The notes beneath the pieces are model-generated. The model was not told the DNA's origin. It saw only the letters and a program-made list of their open reading frames with translations, and searched no databases. A stretch of 63,140 bases of DNA, the filler included, from Octopus bimaculoides (Eukaryota), in the NCBI RefSeq assembly GCF_001194135.2. It is 4 parts of 4 records of this genome, joined end to end, with 100 filler letters (N's around TTAATTAATTAA, not from the genome) between each part and the next. Parts side by side here need not be neighbours in the genome. Positions count along the whole stretch, not along the records: positions 31,425 to 57,015 come from NC_068988.1; 3 more parts are not named here. One strand, given 5' to 3'. Both the position numbers and the translations under genes were made by a program. Of this stretch, positions 33,172 through 46,300 are shown in pieces; within the stretch, counting starts at the first letter, position 1; the number at the start of each line of letters is the position of its first letter.

Positions 33172-35989
33172 GCTTGTTTCTTTTATATAGCTAAATGTCA
33201 TATTTCCTGCCTCTTTGTTGACCCTAGTTTATTGTAGTTTACAGTGATATTTCTTGATAGGTGTGGGAAAGTAAACGTAAGTTTGTTAAATTTTTATTCT
33301 GGAATATATAAACACCTTTATTACCTCTGATAGGTGACACATTTAATTTCAGAATACTTGCCACTTAAACTGGTCTGTGTGTGTGTGTGTGTGTGTTTCT
33401 CTTTCCTCACCCCTCTCTCTTAATTAGTGGTTGCATTATATTAGTTTCACATTTTGGCACCAGGCCAGCAATTTTGGGGGAGGGGTTAAGTCAATTACAT
33501 CAACCCCATTGTTCAACTGGTACTTATTTTATTGATCCGCAAAATGATGAAAAGCAAAGTTGACCTCAGCAGAATTTGAACTCAGATTGTAAAGATAGAC
33601 GAAATGCCGTGAAGCATTTTGCCCAGCATGCTAATGATTCTGCCAGCCCGCCACCTTCTGCAGCTGCATTATATCAGGGGTTTTCAAACCTCTTATCCAT
33701 GAATATTATAAAACAATAAGTTTTATATTTGTTTGTACTAGTTTTAGCATGAATGTATTGTTATGTAATTCTGAATTTTACCCCCTTTCTATATTGCAAA
33801 TTTGAATTCAATGATTTTGAAAATTTCCTTTTTTTTTTTTTTTCGAAATTGGATCAATATAGTTCAATAAATTTGATAGTCTTTGTTGTTTTTTTATTAA
33901 AAAAAAAAATTAAACAAAACATGCTGTTGATGTAGACATGGTTTAGTGGTTACAAAGTTTGCTTTTTAACCAGGTGATTTTACATTATTCAGTCCATCTG
34001 TGTAGTACCTTAGCCATATGTCTTCAATTGTAGCCACAGGAAAAACCAAAGTCCTTCAAGTGTTGTCAGTTCTCTAGTCAACAAATCATCTGCTTGCTTC
34101 ATGCTTTCAAGATATGAGGAATAAGAGATCCCTTACTTGTGAAACAGGTAATGATTAGCGACAAGAATGGCATCTGGCAGCAAAACTATGCCTCAGTAAC
34201 ATATTCATCCAACTCATGCAAGCATGGAAAACTGCACATAAAAAGTCAGTGGTTGCCAATGAGGAATCATAGACACTAGTTGTGGTATTAGAAGTTTGTG
34301 AATTTCTATTATTATTATTTAGAATTCACAGTAGGGATGTCATGTAACTCACAGGAAGATAGAAATGCTTTTCATCCATTCTTCCAAGGTAGATACAAGT
34401 AAACTACCTGGCAAATATTTGGTTGATTTAATCCTTTCCAAATGTGTTTGGGTGTTAGAAATAAGTTGGAGGAGCATACTGTCTGGAGGTTTCAATATTA
34501 GAAATACTTTGCTCAGTAATGAATGGAAATAGGCTGTCAAGATTTTACATACGGTGTGTTTGTTTCAAACCTATGTACTTAATATGAGCTGATGGTGCAA
34601 TATGTAATTTCTGATGTTGGGTATGTATATTGAACCGAAGTAAAACATTCACAAAATGTGATACAGGGTATTCTGAAGAGTGAAGAAGACCGTCACATCT
34701 CAGCACCTGGATAATGTACCTTAATCAAAATATACTAGCTGGAACCATTAAACACATACACACACATTCACGATTTTTGTGTCTCTAATATTAGTCTGAA
34801 CTTTTGGCAAATGAATTTATGAATAACGGAGCAAATACACATGGCCAGCAATTTCAGGGGTGGGAGTAAGTTGATTACATCGATTCCAGTACTCAACTGT
34901 TACTTATTTCATGGACCCCGCAAGAAAGGCAAAGTCAACCTCAGCGGAATTTGAACTCAGAACATAAAGACAGACGAAATGCCGTTAAGCGGCATGCTAA
35001 AGATTCTGCCAGTTCGCCACTTTTTCTAGCGCTCTAATATCAATATGAAAACACTTGCCTAAGGTAATGCACAGTAATACTTGAACTTGGAGAACATGAA
35101 ACCTATCAAATTTATGAATAACCTAGTAAATACACAAGAAATAACAACCAAATATGCAGATAACATCCGACCACCTCAAAAAGAATGAAACAGTTGACTG
35201 TGTGTGTGTGTGTGTGTTTATATATACACGCACACAAAACGCGAGAACTGGAACGCCTTTGATCATGAATTCTGGTTTAATGAAAGCTGACCCGCGGTTA
35301 AACAATCAGATTTAATCACTATGATCAAAATATAGAACCGAATAAATATTACAGAACAACATATTTTCCACTATCACCAGAATATTTTCGGCATTTTATA
35401 TGAAGTTTTATTTTAATATCGTTTCTTCGAGTGATTTTCCATAATAGGATATTGCCCGAAAAGAAGCTAACAAACACCACAACAGAAATATTAATTTTAT
35501 GGCTAGTATTTTAGAAATTATATATTTGAGATATTATTCCTCATCTTTTCATACCCATCGTTATCTTTAAATTTACTTTCCAAATTATTTCTGGCTTCCT
35601 TCCAACTTCTGAAATCGTGGCCTTTATTAATTAAACACATACATACATTCATGCATTTACATGGACATTCTTGGCAGTCCAGCATCTATCAATCCGTTTT
35701 CCTAAAATTTACTTATATTTATAAGTAGTCTGCTCATATTCAAAAGCTTGATCACTTCTTGCGATGAACTTTTTCCGTGCATGAGAGCACACAAGTGGCT
35801 TTTGAAACTCAAGAGCTGTTTGAAATTTACATTACAAACAGTGCAAAGTTTTCACACACCTCAAATGGTACAATTTCTAGTCTAATTTACGGATATTTAA
35901 AGGCTTTTTTTTTTTAGACCAGCGTGGACTTAACATGTTTCAACAATATAAGCGTGTCTGCTGGAATGATCTTTGTGTTGTTTAAGCTA

Positions 35990-36080
35990 TCTGCATGGAG
36001 ATGAGTTCTGAGATGCGAAGTTAAGCCAGCCTCAGAAAGGCATCTCCTACCACTCGTTGAGCATCTGAAGAAGGGCACTA
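35990..36080 (-). mobile_element. Possible RTE-type LINE C-terminal zinc-knuckle remnant
   Basis: CSTSGRRCLSEAGLTSHLRTH resembles the CxxCGRxCxSxxGLxSHxRxH motif at the end of RTE ORFs. Confidence 0.35.
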
Positions 36081-36842
36081 TTTCTGTGTTTAGAAAGGTT
36101 TTATTTTTCCATAGTCCTATTTTCATTTTTGCATACTTAGTTTTCTCCAAAATCTTTTACCTCCCAGTCTAAACGTTTTTTTTTTGTTTGCTATGTAAGT
36201 TCGTAGCACCATTATTCTATATAGTCTTTATAAAAAGGATGCGCTGGATAAATGTATAAATAAAAAAAACGAGATGGTCATAGCAAGATTGTTCTTGATC
36301 ATATCTTTCCTTGATCATGGTTTGATATTAATAACAGTAACGACTTCAGTCTTTCAGTAAAGCGGCGTCAATTTAAAATGCAAACAAATAGGGAATGTAG
36401 AAAATAACTTGGCTATTTTGGGTGACTTTAAAAATAGGTTATTATTAGAGTCTACTGCTTGTATTTCAAAATATCATCGTTTAGCCAACCTGTTAAGCTA
36501 GCATTGTTGAAAGTAAAACATTATTAAAAACAAGTGTTTCGAAAAATAAACAACATGATTATTTGAAAGTTTTCAGAAGAGGTATTTATGAATGGAAATG
36601 GATGTTCGTCCTCCGACAACAAGAGTTGTTTTACACATGAACACACATAACTTCTTAATGGTATATAAATTTCAAATAAATGCAGTTTCCGAGCTGTCGT
36701 TTCATTTCATCTCACCGACAGCCAATTCCCCACCACCTTGTAAATTTTCCATTTATTTTAGGTTTCGTTTTAAATGATGTCGCTTTAATTAAAGATTACT
36801 CATTAACAATTAACAATTCACTCTAGGTAGGAGAATACTCAC

Positions 36843-37011
36843 CGAGGATGGCTAAATGGTCGAAATGTGGATTGTGAGCCCCATTTTTGAAGTGTTCATT
36901 AAAATAATGATCATGTGCAGCGTGTTGTACTTTTTCGGGTTCGGTTCTCACCCCCACAGTAAGAAGCAGTACGGCAAGACCTAACATTATCAGCATTGTT
37001 ATTTTCGTCAT
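36843..37011 (-). CDS. First coding exon of a CREC-family EF-hand protein (reticulocalbin-2/calumenin-like)
   Basis: Signal-peptide-like MTKITMLIMLGLAVLLLTVGVRT followed by EHFKNGAHNPHFDHLAILG, resembling the CREC N-terminal HNxxFDHEAILG/DYDHDAFLG motif. Donor |gtgagt at 36842 (phase 1); upstream acceptor ttttatttcgtttcag| at 37095. Confidence 0.7.
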
Positions 37012-37277
37012 GTTGAAGGCGATCTTCTTGTTGATAATCGGGTCTTCTTAATCGGAAATAATCCTCTCGGCAATGGCCAGCAGAAACAGTATTTCTGAAA
37101 CGAAATAAAATGTGGGAAAAATTTTAGATGTTGATATACTTTTATTAGTAACGAATAGTAGCTGCTGTTTGAATGAAGTGTGTGCTTGTGTGTATGAATG
37201 AATGCAGGTTGACGTGTTAAATTATCATGTAAATAAAGACGAAGAAATACAAATAACATAAACAAAGGAGAAACCGA

Positions 37278-37325
<48 letters not shown>

Positions 37326-38149
37326 AGAGACGGAGAAAGAGATGGAAAAATTATTTTGTCCGGTAGCTTGAAAACAAACATGAAAACATACTTTTGACTA
37401 TGTCACAAACATATATAACAGCAGCTACAATAAAACAAGTCAGCAAAGGGCGATCTAATTACTAAAAATAGCAGTCAAATCTACCTTAAATCGTGCTCTA
37501 TCTTTTTAGAAAAGAAAGATATGTTAGTAAATATAGTCCAAGTATACAGCACCGAGAAGAAAAAACAGGATGAATGGTTGTGGATGAAATGCCTCTGATC
37601 ATAGGTCAATAGCGAGTTACAAAAAAAAACACAACAAAAAAAATAAAAACTACTAAGGGAAACGTGCTAGAAATAGTAGCTAAATTTCCTCTAGGTAAAC
37701 ATGCTATTTCAAAAACATAGAAAGAACACATTGGACATTATATGTTTGTGTGTATACATACAAATATATATGGCAATGTTTCGTTCATACGCAAGGATTA
37801 AGACCGAGACACCTTTGATTCACAAATCTGGATCAACTGGAGCTGATTATAAGGTTAAACAAAACAATTAATAATAATAAATCGAGTAGATAGATGTGCT
37901 TAAGGATGGTAGAATGTTTTTTCACCATAAATCTAAGTGGCTTATTAAATAACTACAGCAAGCAGGGCAGAGAGATATTGAAGCATTTACCAGTTGTATT
38001 GTAGTATCAATTAAAATAATAATTACCTTAAATGAATATGTCTATTGAACAGCAGCAACTGTGATTAATTGATAAGAATGAAAGATGACAACTTGAATAT
38101 ATATATATATAGAGAGAGAGAGAGAAAGAGCGATCAATTACACATGAGT

Positions 38150-38330
38150 AAATTAATAAACACCCAACTGTGTTATCAACGCCCGGCGCGGCGGCGTGGT
38201 TTATGATGTTTCTGAGTGAGTGTGTATGTGTATAAGTGTAGAAGGGTTTTGTCCAATCAGACTCGACCACGACAACCCAGGCACTGGCAGCAATAATTAC
38301 TCGCGCCAGAGACAGCCTCTGCTAGAAAAT
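38150..38330 (-). promoter_or_regulatory. Candidate promoter of the CREC-family gene
   Basis: CpG-rich patch (cgcccggcgcggcggcg) with a CCAAT box near 38253 and a minus-strand donor aag|gtaatt at 38026. Confidence 0.3.
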
Positions 38331-38537
38331 GCAGCCAAATTACCGTCAAAACACTCTACAATGTAAATGTGTACACACACACACACATGAGTAAAGATAA
38401 TATTCAGATAATAAAATGAGAAGGCGACGGTTTTTATCAGAACGACCTAGGGCTAGACAAGGACAATTCAGACGAAATGCTTTGTTGACATATTTCACAA
38501 ATTAAAACAAATCGTTATAACTTCATTGTAACGAAGA

Positions 38538-38750
38538 TGGCGAGCTAGCAGAATCGTTAGCACGCCGGGTGAAATGCTTAGCGGTATTTCGTCTGCCGCT
38601 ACGTTCTGAGTTCAAATTCCGCCGAAGTCGACTTTGCCTGTCAACGTTTCGGGATCGATAAATTAAATACCAGTGAAGTATTACTGTCGATATAATCGAC
38701 TATCTCCCACCCCACAAATTCCAGGCCTTGTGCCTATTGTAGAAAGGATT
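38538..38750 (+). mobile_element. tRNA-derived SINE (third family)
   Basis: ggcgagctagcagaatcgttag...gagttcaaattccgcc. Related copies at about 12500-12900, 33440-33655 (-), 34845-35020 (-), 46765-46910, 54145-54360 (-) and 57422-57560 (-). Confidence 0.75.
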
Positions 38751-39364
38751 ATAACTTCTTTGTAATGAGTTACAAATTATTTAATTCTGTTTGTGTGAGT
38801 GAATGTCGCTTTCGCATTTTATTATCCACAGTATCTTTTCATTTATATATATATATATATTAATAAATGATGAGATGCTGGAGCAGCCTTCATCCCCGGT
38901 ATCCGAAACTCTGAGTTTTATTATGACAACCAACTAATTGTCACATATTATATTTATAGATAAATTCCTCTATTTTGCATAATATCGAGGTCTCGTTCAT
39001 TCTTTTGTTGTCATATTGTGTGTGTGTTTGTGTCTATCTATCTGTCTGTCTCCAGAACTTATTTTATTTATTCAAAATCGTATAATTTTCATAATATTGT
39101 CGATTAATTTTGTGAGCTAGATAAAAGATATGTAAGAGGGGTAACCGATATGTCTACACAAGTGTTGGAATAGATCCCAAGTGTGCCCCCACTCCAGCTG
39201 ATTTTGTTACCTCGTAAAAGGATATTTTTAAATTTAAAAGGGATATTTTTAAATGAAATTTTCTTCGAATACTTTTCAGATGCCGCACATTCCGATTAAG
39301 CCAAAATTTGTGAAAAATCTTTTTGAAGCGCGATAGGAGAGAAGTTTCTGGTAATCCACGCACG

Positions 39365-39520
39365 TTATATTTGTTTTCTCATAACCTTCAGGTGTATGCG
39401 TTCCGAGTTCAGTCCCACTGTGTGGCATTTTGGGCAAGTGTCTTCTACTAGAGCCTCGGGCCGACAAAAAACCTTGCGAGTGGATTTGGTAGACGGAAAC
39501 TGAAAGAAGACCGCCGTGCA
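39365..39520 (+). mobile_element. SINE head fragment (second family)
   Basis: gttcagtcccactg...gggcaagtgtcttctac...ggatttggtagacggaaactgaaagaag. Confidence 0.7.
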
Positions 39521-39732
39521 TGTGTGTGTGTGTGTGTGTGTGCATTGATAGATAGATAGTTTGAATATTTATCAGTTCCAGATTTATTGTATTAGAGTGT
39601 TTATCATTTTACAAAATTAAATTAGAAAACTGGACAAAAACAGAAAACACAATTGAAAAAAATGAAAAAAGAAAAAAGGAAAAAAGAGAGAAAGAAAAAA
39701 GGTGGTGAATTCCAGTTGATCCGACCAACAGA

Positions 39733-40372
39733 GGATCTTTTTTAAAACGGGGGCCACATTTTTCATTAACGAAACACTTTGAAACTTGGAACACTGGTAG
39801 AATGTGTCATATAAAACATCTTTTTCTCTTAGTCTTCTTAAAAAAAAAAGAAATCCATAAATTATTCCATGTTAAAGTTGTCGTATTTCTGTAATTTCAA
39901 CCAATCACTGACGCCCATTCAGCCGATATACATTAAGTGCCGACTACATAAACAAACGATTCTGAAACAATTAACCCTAACCCTAACCCTAACTCTAACC
40001 CTAACCCTAACCCTAAGGTTAGGGTTAGGGTTAGGGTTAGGGTTNNNNNNNNNNNNNNNNNNNNNNNNNNNNNNNNNNTAAAGCAAATTTAAAATGAAAA
40101 AAAGCAAATAAAACGAAGGTATGGAGATTAAATACGCTTTACATCGCTTAGTGAGCCAAAGGAGTAAATGTAAACAACTGAATACTTGTCAGTGATTGGT
40201 TGAAATTATCGAAATAAGACAATTTTTTACATGAAATAAATTCGAATACAAAAATATTTTTCTGTTCTATAACACAAAATAGATAAGTATACGAAGTTTG
40301 AAAGTCTTTCGCTACCAAAAACACTACGTAAAACATTAATGAAAAATGTGGCCCCCGTTTTAAAAAGGATCC
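39733..40372. mobile_element. Non-autonomous TIR/fold-back element (hAT-like, 8-bp TSD) with a telomeric-repeat core
   Basis: About 37-bp TIR (ggatctttttta...tttcattaa and its complement), TSD CCAACAGA at 39725-39732 and 40373-40380, core (CCCTAA)n then (TTAGGG)n. Confidence 0.85.
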
Positions 40373-41160
40373 CCAACAGAACAGCCTGCTCGTGAAATCA
40401 AAAAGATCTTTTTTTACATTTTAAAATTATGTGGAATCAAAAAGAGAGGAGCATAGCTGTGAAGATATGCTTGTATTCTTGTATGATGCCTGTATAGTTG
40501 CAAAACATAAATGAAATCGGCATTAAATATTTGCAGTATAGTAGCAAAGTTGTAAATGATGACAACACAGATGACGACCATACATACATACATACATACA
40601 TATGTACGTACATACATACATATAAAATGTATGTATGTATGTATGTATGTATGTATGTATGTATGTATGTATGTATGTTTCGTCGTCATCATCGTTGTTG
40701 TCATCGTCATCATCGGTTACATTTAAGAGGTTGCATGGGTCGGGCGGAGTTTCTTGAAGTAATTTTTTGCGGCCGGATGCCCTTTCTGTCGCCAGTCCTC
40801 ACCTGTTTCTAAATAATAGAATACTTCCCTATGGATCAGGTACAGCTTCATATATATATATATATANNNNNNNNNNNNNNNNNNNNNNNNNNNNNNNNNN
40901 NNNNNNNNNNNNNNNNNNNNNNNNNNNNNNNNNNNNNNNNNNNNNNNNNNNNNNNNNNNNNNNNNNNNNNNNNNNNNNNNNNNNNNNNNNNNNNNNNNNN
41001 NNNNNNNNNNNNNNNNNNNNNNNNNNNNNNNNNNNNNNNNNNNNNNNNNNNNNNNNNNNNNNNNNNNNNNNNNNNNNNNNNNNNNNNNNNNNNNNNNNNN
41101 NNNNNNNNNNNNNNNNNNNNNNNNNNNNNNNNNNNNNNNNNNNNNNNNNNNNNNNNNNNN

Positions 41161-41191
<31 letters not shown>

Positions 41192-41439
41192 CACGCACAC
41201 ATCCACACACACACACACACACACACACAAATATCTACGCACACATACTCCCCAGTGATATTTCAATGTATTCATTCCTACAGCTGTTTCAATAATTCCT
41301 GTGTAATACTATCAAATGTATTTTGCCCAGTTCATGCATTATAGCCTATTTCACAGTATATGTAGTATTGTGCATGGATGGATATGCATTTTACGTATTA
41401 TATTAGGAATATAACGCAGTAAACGATACCTCTTATGAA

Positions 41440-42300
41440 ACTGTAAGCATTTTAAGCGAAGACTTGCAGGCATAAAAAAAAATGGGCTACTTTGGCATCT
41501 CTCGTAGCTGCTGATCCTAGCATATGACCAGTGTATTTTTGTAAAAGAAATGATAACGGGTTTAATACCATAATAAACATAAGTACAGGAAAATTATCTC
41601 CTTGAAATATTTATAACATCAGAGACCCATCGTTTTACTGACAGTTGTGTGAAGATTGTTATCAAGGTCTTTGTGAGCCCCTCAATGGCAACACTTAAAG
41701 TAGCAGGTATGTTTGCCATGTGCAAAAATACATACTTCAGCAACCATGAGTGAGAAATGGGTTGAATGTTTTCCTATAATCAAGCCATACTTTCACAAGG
41801 TTTCTGTTGTGTTTTCTTACAACAGAAACCTTGTGGTCTACTTTTGTACATCAAAATTTGTTCGGCACTTTACCTATATTCCCTTCTTTCCACCGATCTC
41901 CTTATTGATCACTATGCTGTTGGATTCGCAATGATCCTGGAGGATTTGGTTGAAACAGCTTGTATGGAGCTAGTACATAATGTTTAGGCAATCAATGAGC
42001 CTATTGTTTTGTGACAACTCGGTGGTTCAATTCTTTGGTACATACATGCGTCGTTCAGGTTACAGCAAACCAATTTGGTATGCCAATCCAGTCTTCCATA
42101 GTTCTTTTGAATATACGTGTTCATAACTTTCTGTAAAAGGTTAGTTTCTTCGACTATTTAGTTTCTTCCACGTGTCTTCCAGTTATGTACTTTTTCTGTA
42201 GCTATGGTCAATAGGGTCGATTGTGTATATTTTACTGTCGGTGTTGGTACAATATCCTTTCCTAAATTTCTCTTTTCGTTAGAGACCTTAGACCAGAAAG
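41440..42300 (-). mobile_element. Degraded non-LTR RT (R4/NeSL-like)
   Basis: Manual minus-strand translation gives frameshifted motifs: IGGKKG..EQILMYK, VWLDYRKTF (cf. WLDYRKAFD), then QGD-region and HxFFxDD-like remnants. Confidence 0.65.
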
Positions 42301-43399
42301 TGTGTGTATGTGCGTACAGGTATATGCTGCGCATGCAGACATGAATATATATCTGTGCATATATATTTATGTACATGTGTCTGCTTATGCATATTTGCAT
42401 ATAGGCAAGTAATTCAACAACGCAGGTTGATGAACCGTAAGACGTGTGGCCAGAACCTCCTGGAAAATAACCATAGCGAGGGACATTCCACAGTTGAATT
42501 AGAACAGTCACAAACAGTGAAAGAAGACATGCACCCAACACCAGAGCTGAAGACACCTCCGAAAGGGGGTGGCCCCGCCACGTCAAAACGGTAGAGGAGT
42601 AGGGGCCGAAACCGGATGTGGTTCCTCCTGATGATGTCTTGAGCTAACTGGATCCTATAAAGGAGCTGTTGTGGTAGCAGACCACGAAACATGGTTGAAA
42701 TTCCTCCTATGTCTCTATATGTGGATATGGTTTTATATTTCAGCTGTGATTATGTGTGTCTTTTGTATTGGTGTTCGTGTAAGGTTTGTATGTAAGCTGA
42801 TGTGCTACTGAAGATATATTAGTTTATTTTTTTACCTTTCCTAACTAAACTGAAAGAGCTGTATTTTTTTCTGTGAATGGATATTTGTATCTATTCAGTT
42901 ATTTTAGGTGCACTTACGTTTTTATATGCTTTTTGTTTCTCCTCCCCACCACTTACTGCACGACCTATTTATTCGAAGTTTTCCTTTGTTGCTTTTTGCT
43001 TTTGTTTGAAACATTGGCTTCGTCTACCTTCCCTCTCCATTTCAAAACTTCCCATCATCATGCACACTTGACCTTTGTCCTTGAAATACTATCACTTTCG
43101 CTCGGTCATTAATCTCTCGTCTTCCATTTTACCCACCTTCTTACATCAACTTCAATTTCTTCTTCGTTCTATTTGCCTCCAATATAAGCGACAACACCGC
43201 CGTTTTCTCCGACGAAGAACAAAGCCTAAAACGGTGGTTGCCACTTCCTTATGCAGAGCTGTCGTCTTGAAGAGCCTATCTGGTTTATATATATTATAAT
43301 ATATCTCAGCGGGTCAGTGAAAAAGTGAAAATTGCTCATGCAATTTTTCACTTACCTTTTTGTAGTTTGTAGGTATACTCTCTCTTTTACTCTTTTACT

Positions 43400-43755
43400 T
43401 GTTTCAGTCATTTGACTGTGGCCATGCTGGAGCACCGCCTGTAGTCGAGCAAATCGACCCCAGGACTTATTCTATCGGTATCTTTTTGCCGAACCGCTAA
43501 GTTACGGGGACGTAAACACACCAGCATCGGTTGTCAAGCGATGGTGGGGGGACAAACACAGACACACAAACACACATACATATATACATATATACGACGG
43601 GCTTCTTTCAGTTTTCGTCTACCAAATCCACCCACAAAGCATTGGTCGGCCCGAGGCTATAGTAGAAGACACCTGCCCAAGGTGCCACGCAGTGGGACTG
43701 AAACCGGAACCATGTGGTTGGTAAGCAAGCTACTTACCACACAGCCACTCCTGCG
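43400..43755 (-). mobile_element. tRNA-derived SINE, near full-length (second family)
   Basis: Reverse complement of the head seen at 2661 (tggctgtgtggtaag...ggttcagtccc) plus the shared body and tail. Confidence 0.8.
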
Positions 43756-44153
43756 AACTATTTCCTCGAAACTGTGTTCCTATTTTTGTGATTTACGGAA
43801 CTACTACTTTTTTAAAATGAAATCTATAGAAATAATACATTTTTTTTTGTTTTTGTTTTCTACATCATTAATTTCTTTTCCGGCTCTTCCGATTTCATGA
43901 GAATATTTCATTTCATACCTGATTTCTTAGAATGTCCTTTTTAGTTATTATCTTTCTTCTTATTTTAATGATTTATCCATTTAAGTGATTTCAGACTGTT
44001 TGTCCGTTGTATCTTCAGAATTTTCCTGCCCTAGTGAAAGTTGGCCATTTTTTCTTGAATAATCTTAATGCATAGTAGACATTTCCATATGTCTAATTAA
44101 TTCTTTATTTAGTATAGAATGAATTAAACTATAAACTGAAATACAAACGCATC

Positions 44154-44253
<100 letters not shown>

Positions 44254-44374
44254 CGCAAGCACACATAATACATATAAATTGAATTATTATACTTAGAGCG
44301 ACAGAAATATAGTTGAACAGCTGAAAATCTGAAAACTGCACCGTTAGTTTCGTTAAATCTTCATCACAGAAATA

Positions 44375-45255
44375 GGATCTTTTTGGTTTGACGGGCAACA
44401 TTTGTTTTCTTAACGAAACACTCTCAAACTTGGGATACTGGTAGAATGTGTCATATAAAACATCTTTTTCTCTTAGCCTTCTTAATAAAACTTAGTTCTT
44501 AATAAGTTATTTCATGTTAAAGTTGTCGTATTTATGTAATTTCAACCAATCACTGACGTCTATTCAGCTGAATACAGTTAGCGCCGTAGAATGTAAACAA
44601 CATATTCTAACGGTGTTATGGGATCTTTTCCCTTGAATGAAATTAGTGCCGTTGTTTGTCAACAACAACTATCGGCGGTACTGTTATTTATAACATCGTT
44701 CGTGCGTTTGGGTTAGGGCTCGGGTTTTAGAGTTAGGGTTAGGGTTTTAGGGTTAGAGTTGGGGGTTAGGGTTAGGGTTATGGTTATGAGTTATAGGGTT
44801 TAAGGGTTAGGGTTAGGGTTATGAGTGAGGTTATGGCAAAAACAATCATAACCCTAACCGTAACCCTAAAACTAACTTTAACTCTAAAACCCTAAAACCC
44901 TAAAGCTGAAACCTGTACAAACGCACGAACGATGTTATCAATAACAGTACCGCCGATAGTTGTTGTTGACAAACAACGGCACTAATTTTATTCAAGGGAA
45001 AAGATCCCATAACACCGTTAGAATATGTTGTTTACATTCTACGGCACTAACTGTATTCAGCTGAATAGACGTCAGTGATTGGTTGAAATTACCGAAATAC
45101 GACAACTTTTTACATGAAATAACTTCGAATACAAAAAATTGTATCTGTTCTATAACACGAAATATACAAGTATACGAAGTTTGAAAGTGTTTCGGTATCA
45201 AAAACACTACATAAAACATAAATGAAAAATGTTGCCCGTCAAACCAAAAAGATCC
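44375..45255. mobile_element. Non-autonomous TIR/fold-back element (same family) with about 215-bp inner inverted arms and a telomeric-repeat core
   Basis: TIR ggatctttttggtttgacgggcaacattt and complement, TSD CAGAAATA at 44367-44374 and 45256-45263, inner arms about 44495-44710 and 44916-45125, degenerate TTAGGG then CCCTAA core. Confidence 0.88.
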
Positions 45256-45379
45256 CAGAAATATACCAGAAGCAGATGAAAACGTCCTGCAGCGGTGGTG
45301 GCATTGCTAAAAATACACGTTTCAACTTCTTTGAGCCTCATTTTTAATGTTTCAGGTTCTCTATGTGACTGTTTAATCA

Positions 45380-46300
45380 TTTTATGCACAAAAGAAGCTT
45401 TGGAACTGTTTGAATTTCAAAGAGGCTGTAATGTGGCTCATTCTGAAGGTAGATATAGTCAGCGTAACATCGCAGAAAATCTTGAGATCCCGTTTTCTAC
45501 TGTTAATAGAGTGATTGTGTAATTGATCAGAAAGGGGAAGGAGTCCAAATCATCTCCCCCAAATCAACCAGGGCCTTCTTACAGGACCCTTCGCTTTGCT
45601 AAGAGAAGTGTGGAGGAAAATTCTCGTTGCAAGGCCTCTGACATAACAGAACAAGTTGATGTCAATCCCAGAGCAGTTGTCAGGTATCTCCACAAACTTG
45701 GTTACTATGGCAGAGCTGCAAGAAGGAAGCCACTTCTTCGATCAGCCAACATCAAGTGGAGAAAAGATTGGGCCAGTGAAATGGTGGAGAGACCGCTAGC
45801 ATTTTGGGACACTGTCATATTCTCCGATGAGTCCAGATTTGCTGTGTTTCCTGACAGTGGTCGAGTGTGGGTCTAGAGACTCCGTGATCAAGAATTTCAT
45901 GTGAAAAGATTGCAGCCAACAATGAAGCACTGCAGCTATTCTGTGATGGTCTGGGGAGCAATTTGGAGCAATGGTTGATCAGAGCTGGTGGAATGTGAGG
46001 GAAACATAAACTCAGATAAATATGTGTCCATATTGCAGAAAGGACTCCTACCGATCTTCTCCAGTGGTGAAATGATTAAAGAAGACTTTATTTATGGAAA
46101 ATGGGCTCCTTGTCACACGGCTAAAATGACCCAAGATTTGTTGGATGAGAATGGCATTAAAAAGCTTCCATGACCAAGCCAGTCATCAGATATAAACTCT
46201 ATCGAACACTTCTGGGACACAATGGACAAGTCACTTCATTAAAAGAACAAGAAAGCATCTACAAAGCCAGATTTGTTGAGATCACCGCATGAAACTCGGC
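45380..46300 (+). mobile_element. Tc1-like (DD34E) transposase pseudogene
   Basis: HTH remnant ([21 protein letters not shown]), RRKPLL, WDTVIFSDESRF, VMVWGAI, APCHTAK, *PSQSSDINSIEHFW; several stops. Confidence 0.92.

Noticed and set aside
42545-42640. CTGAAGA plus a GAAA-tetraloop hairpin and a later CCGAAAC (hammerhead-like words)
   Set aside because: The GAAA is a loop rather than the core strand, and helices I and III could not be formed
44710-44905. Head-to-head TTAGGG/CCCTAA resembling a chromosome-fusion scar
   Set aside because: It is enclosed by TIRs and an 8-bp TSD, so it is transposon cargo, not a fusion site
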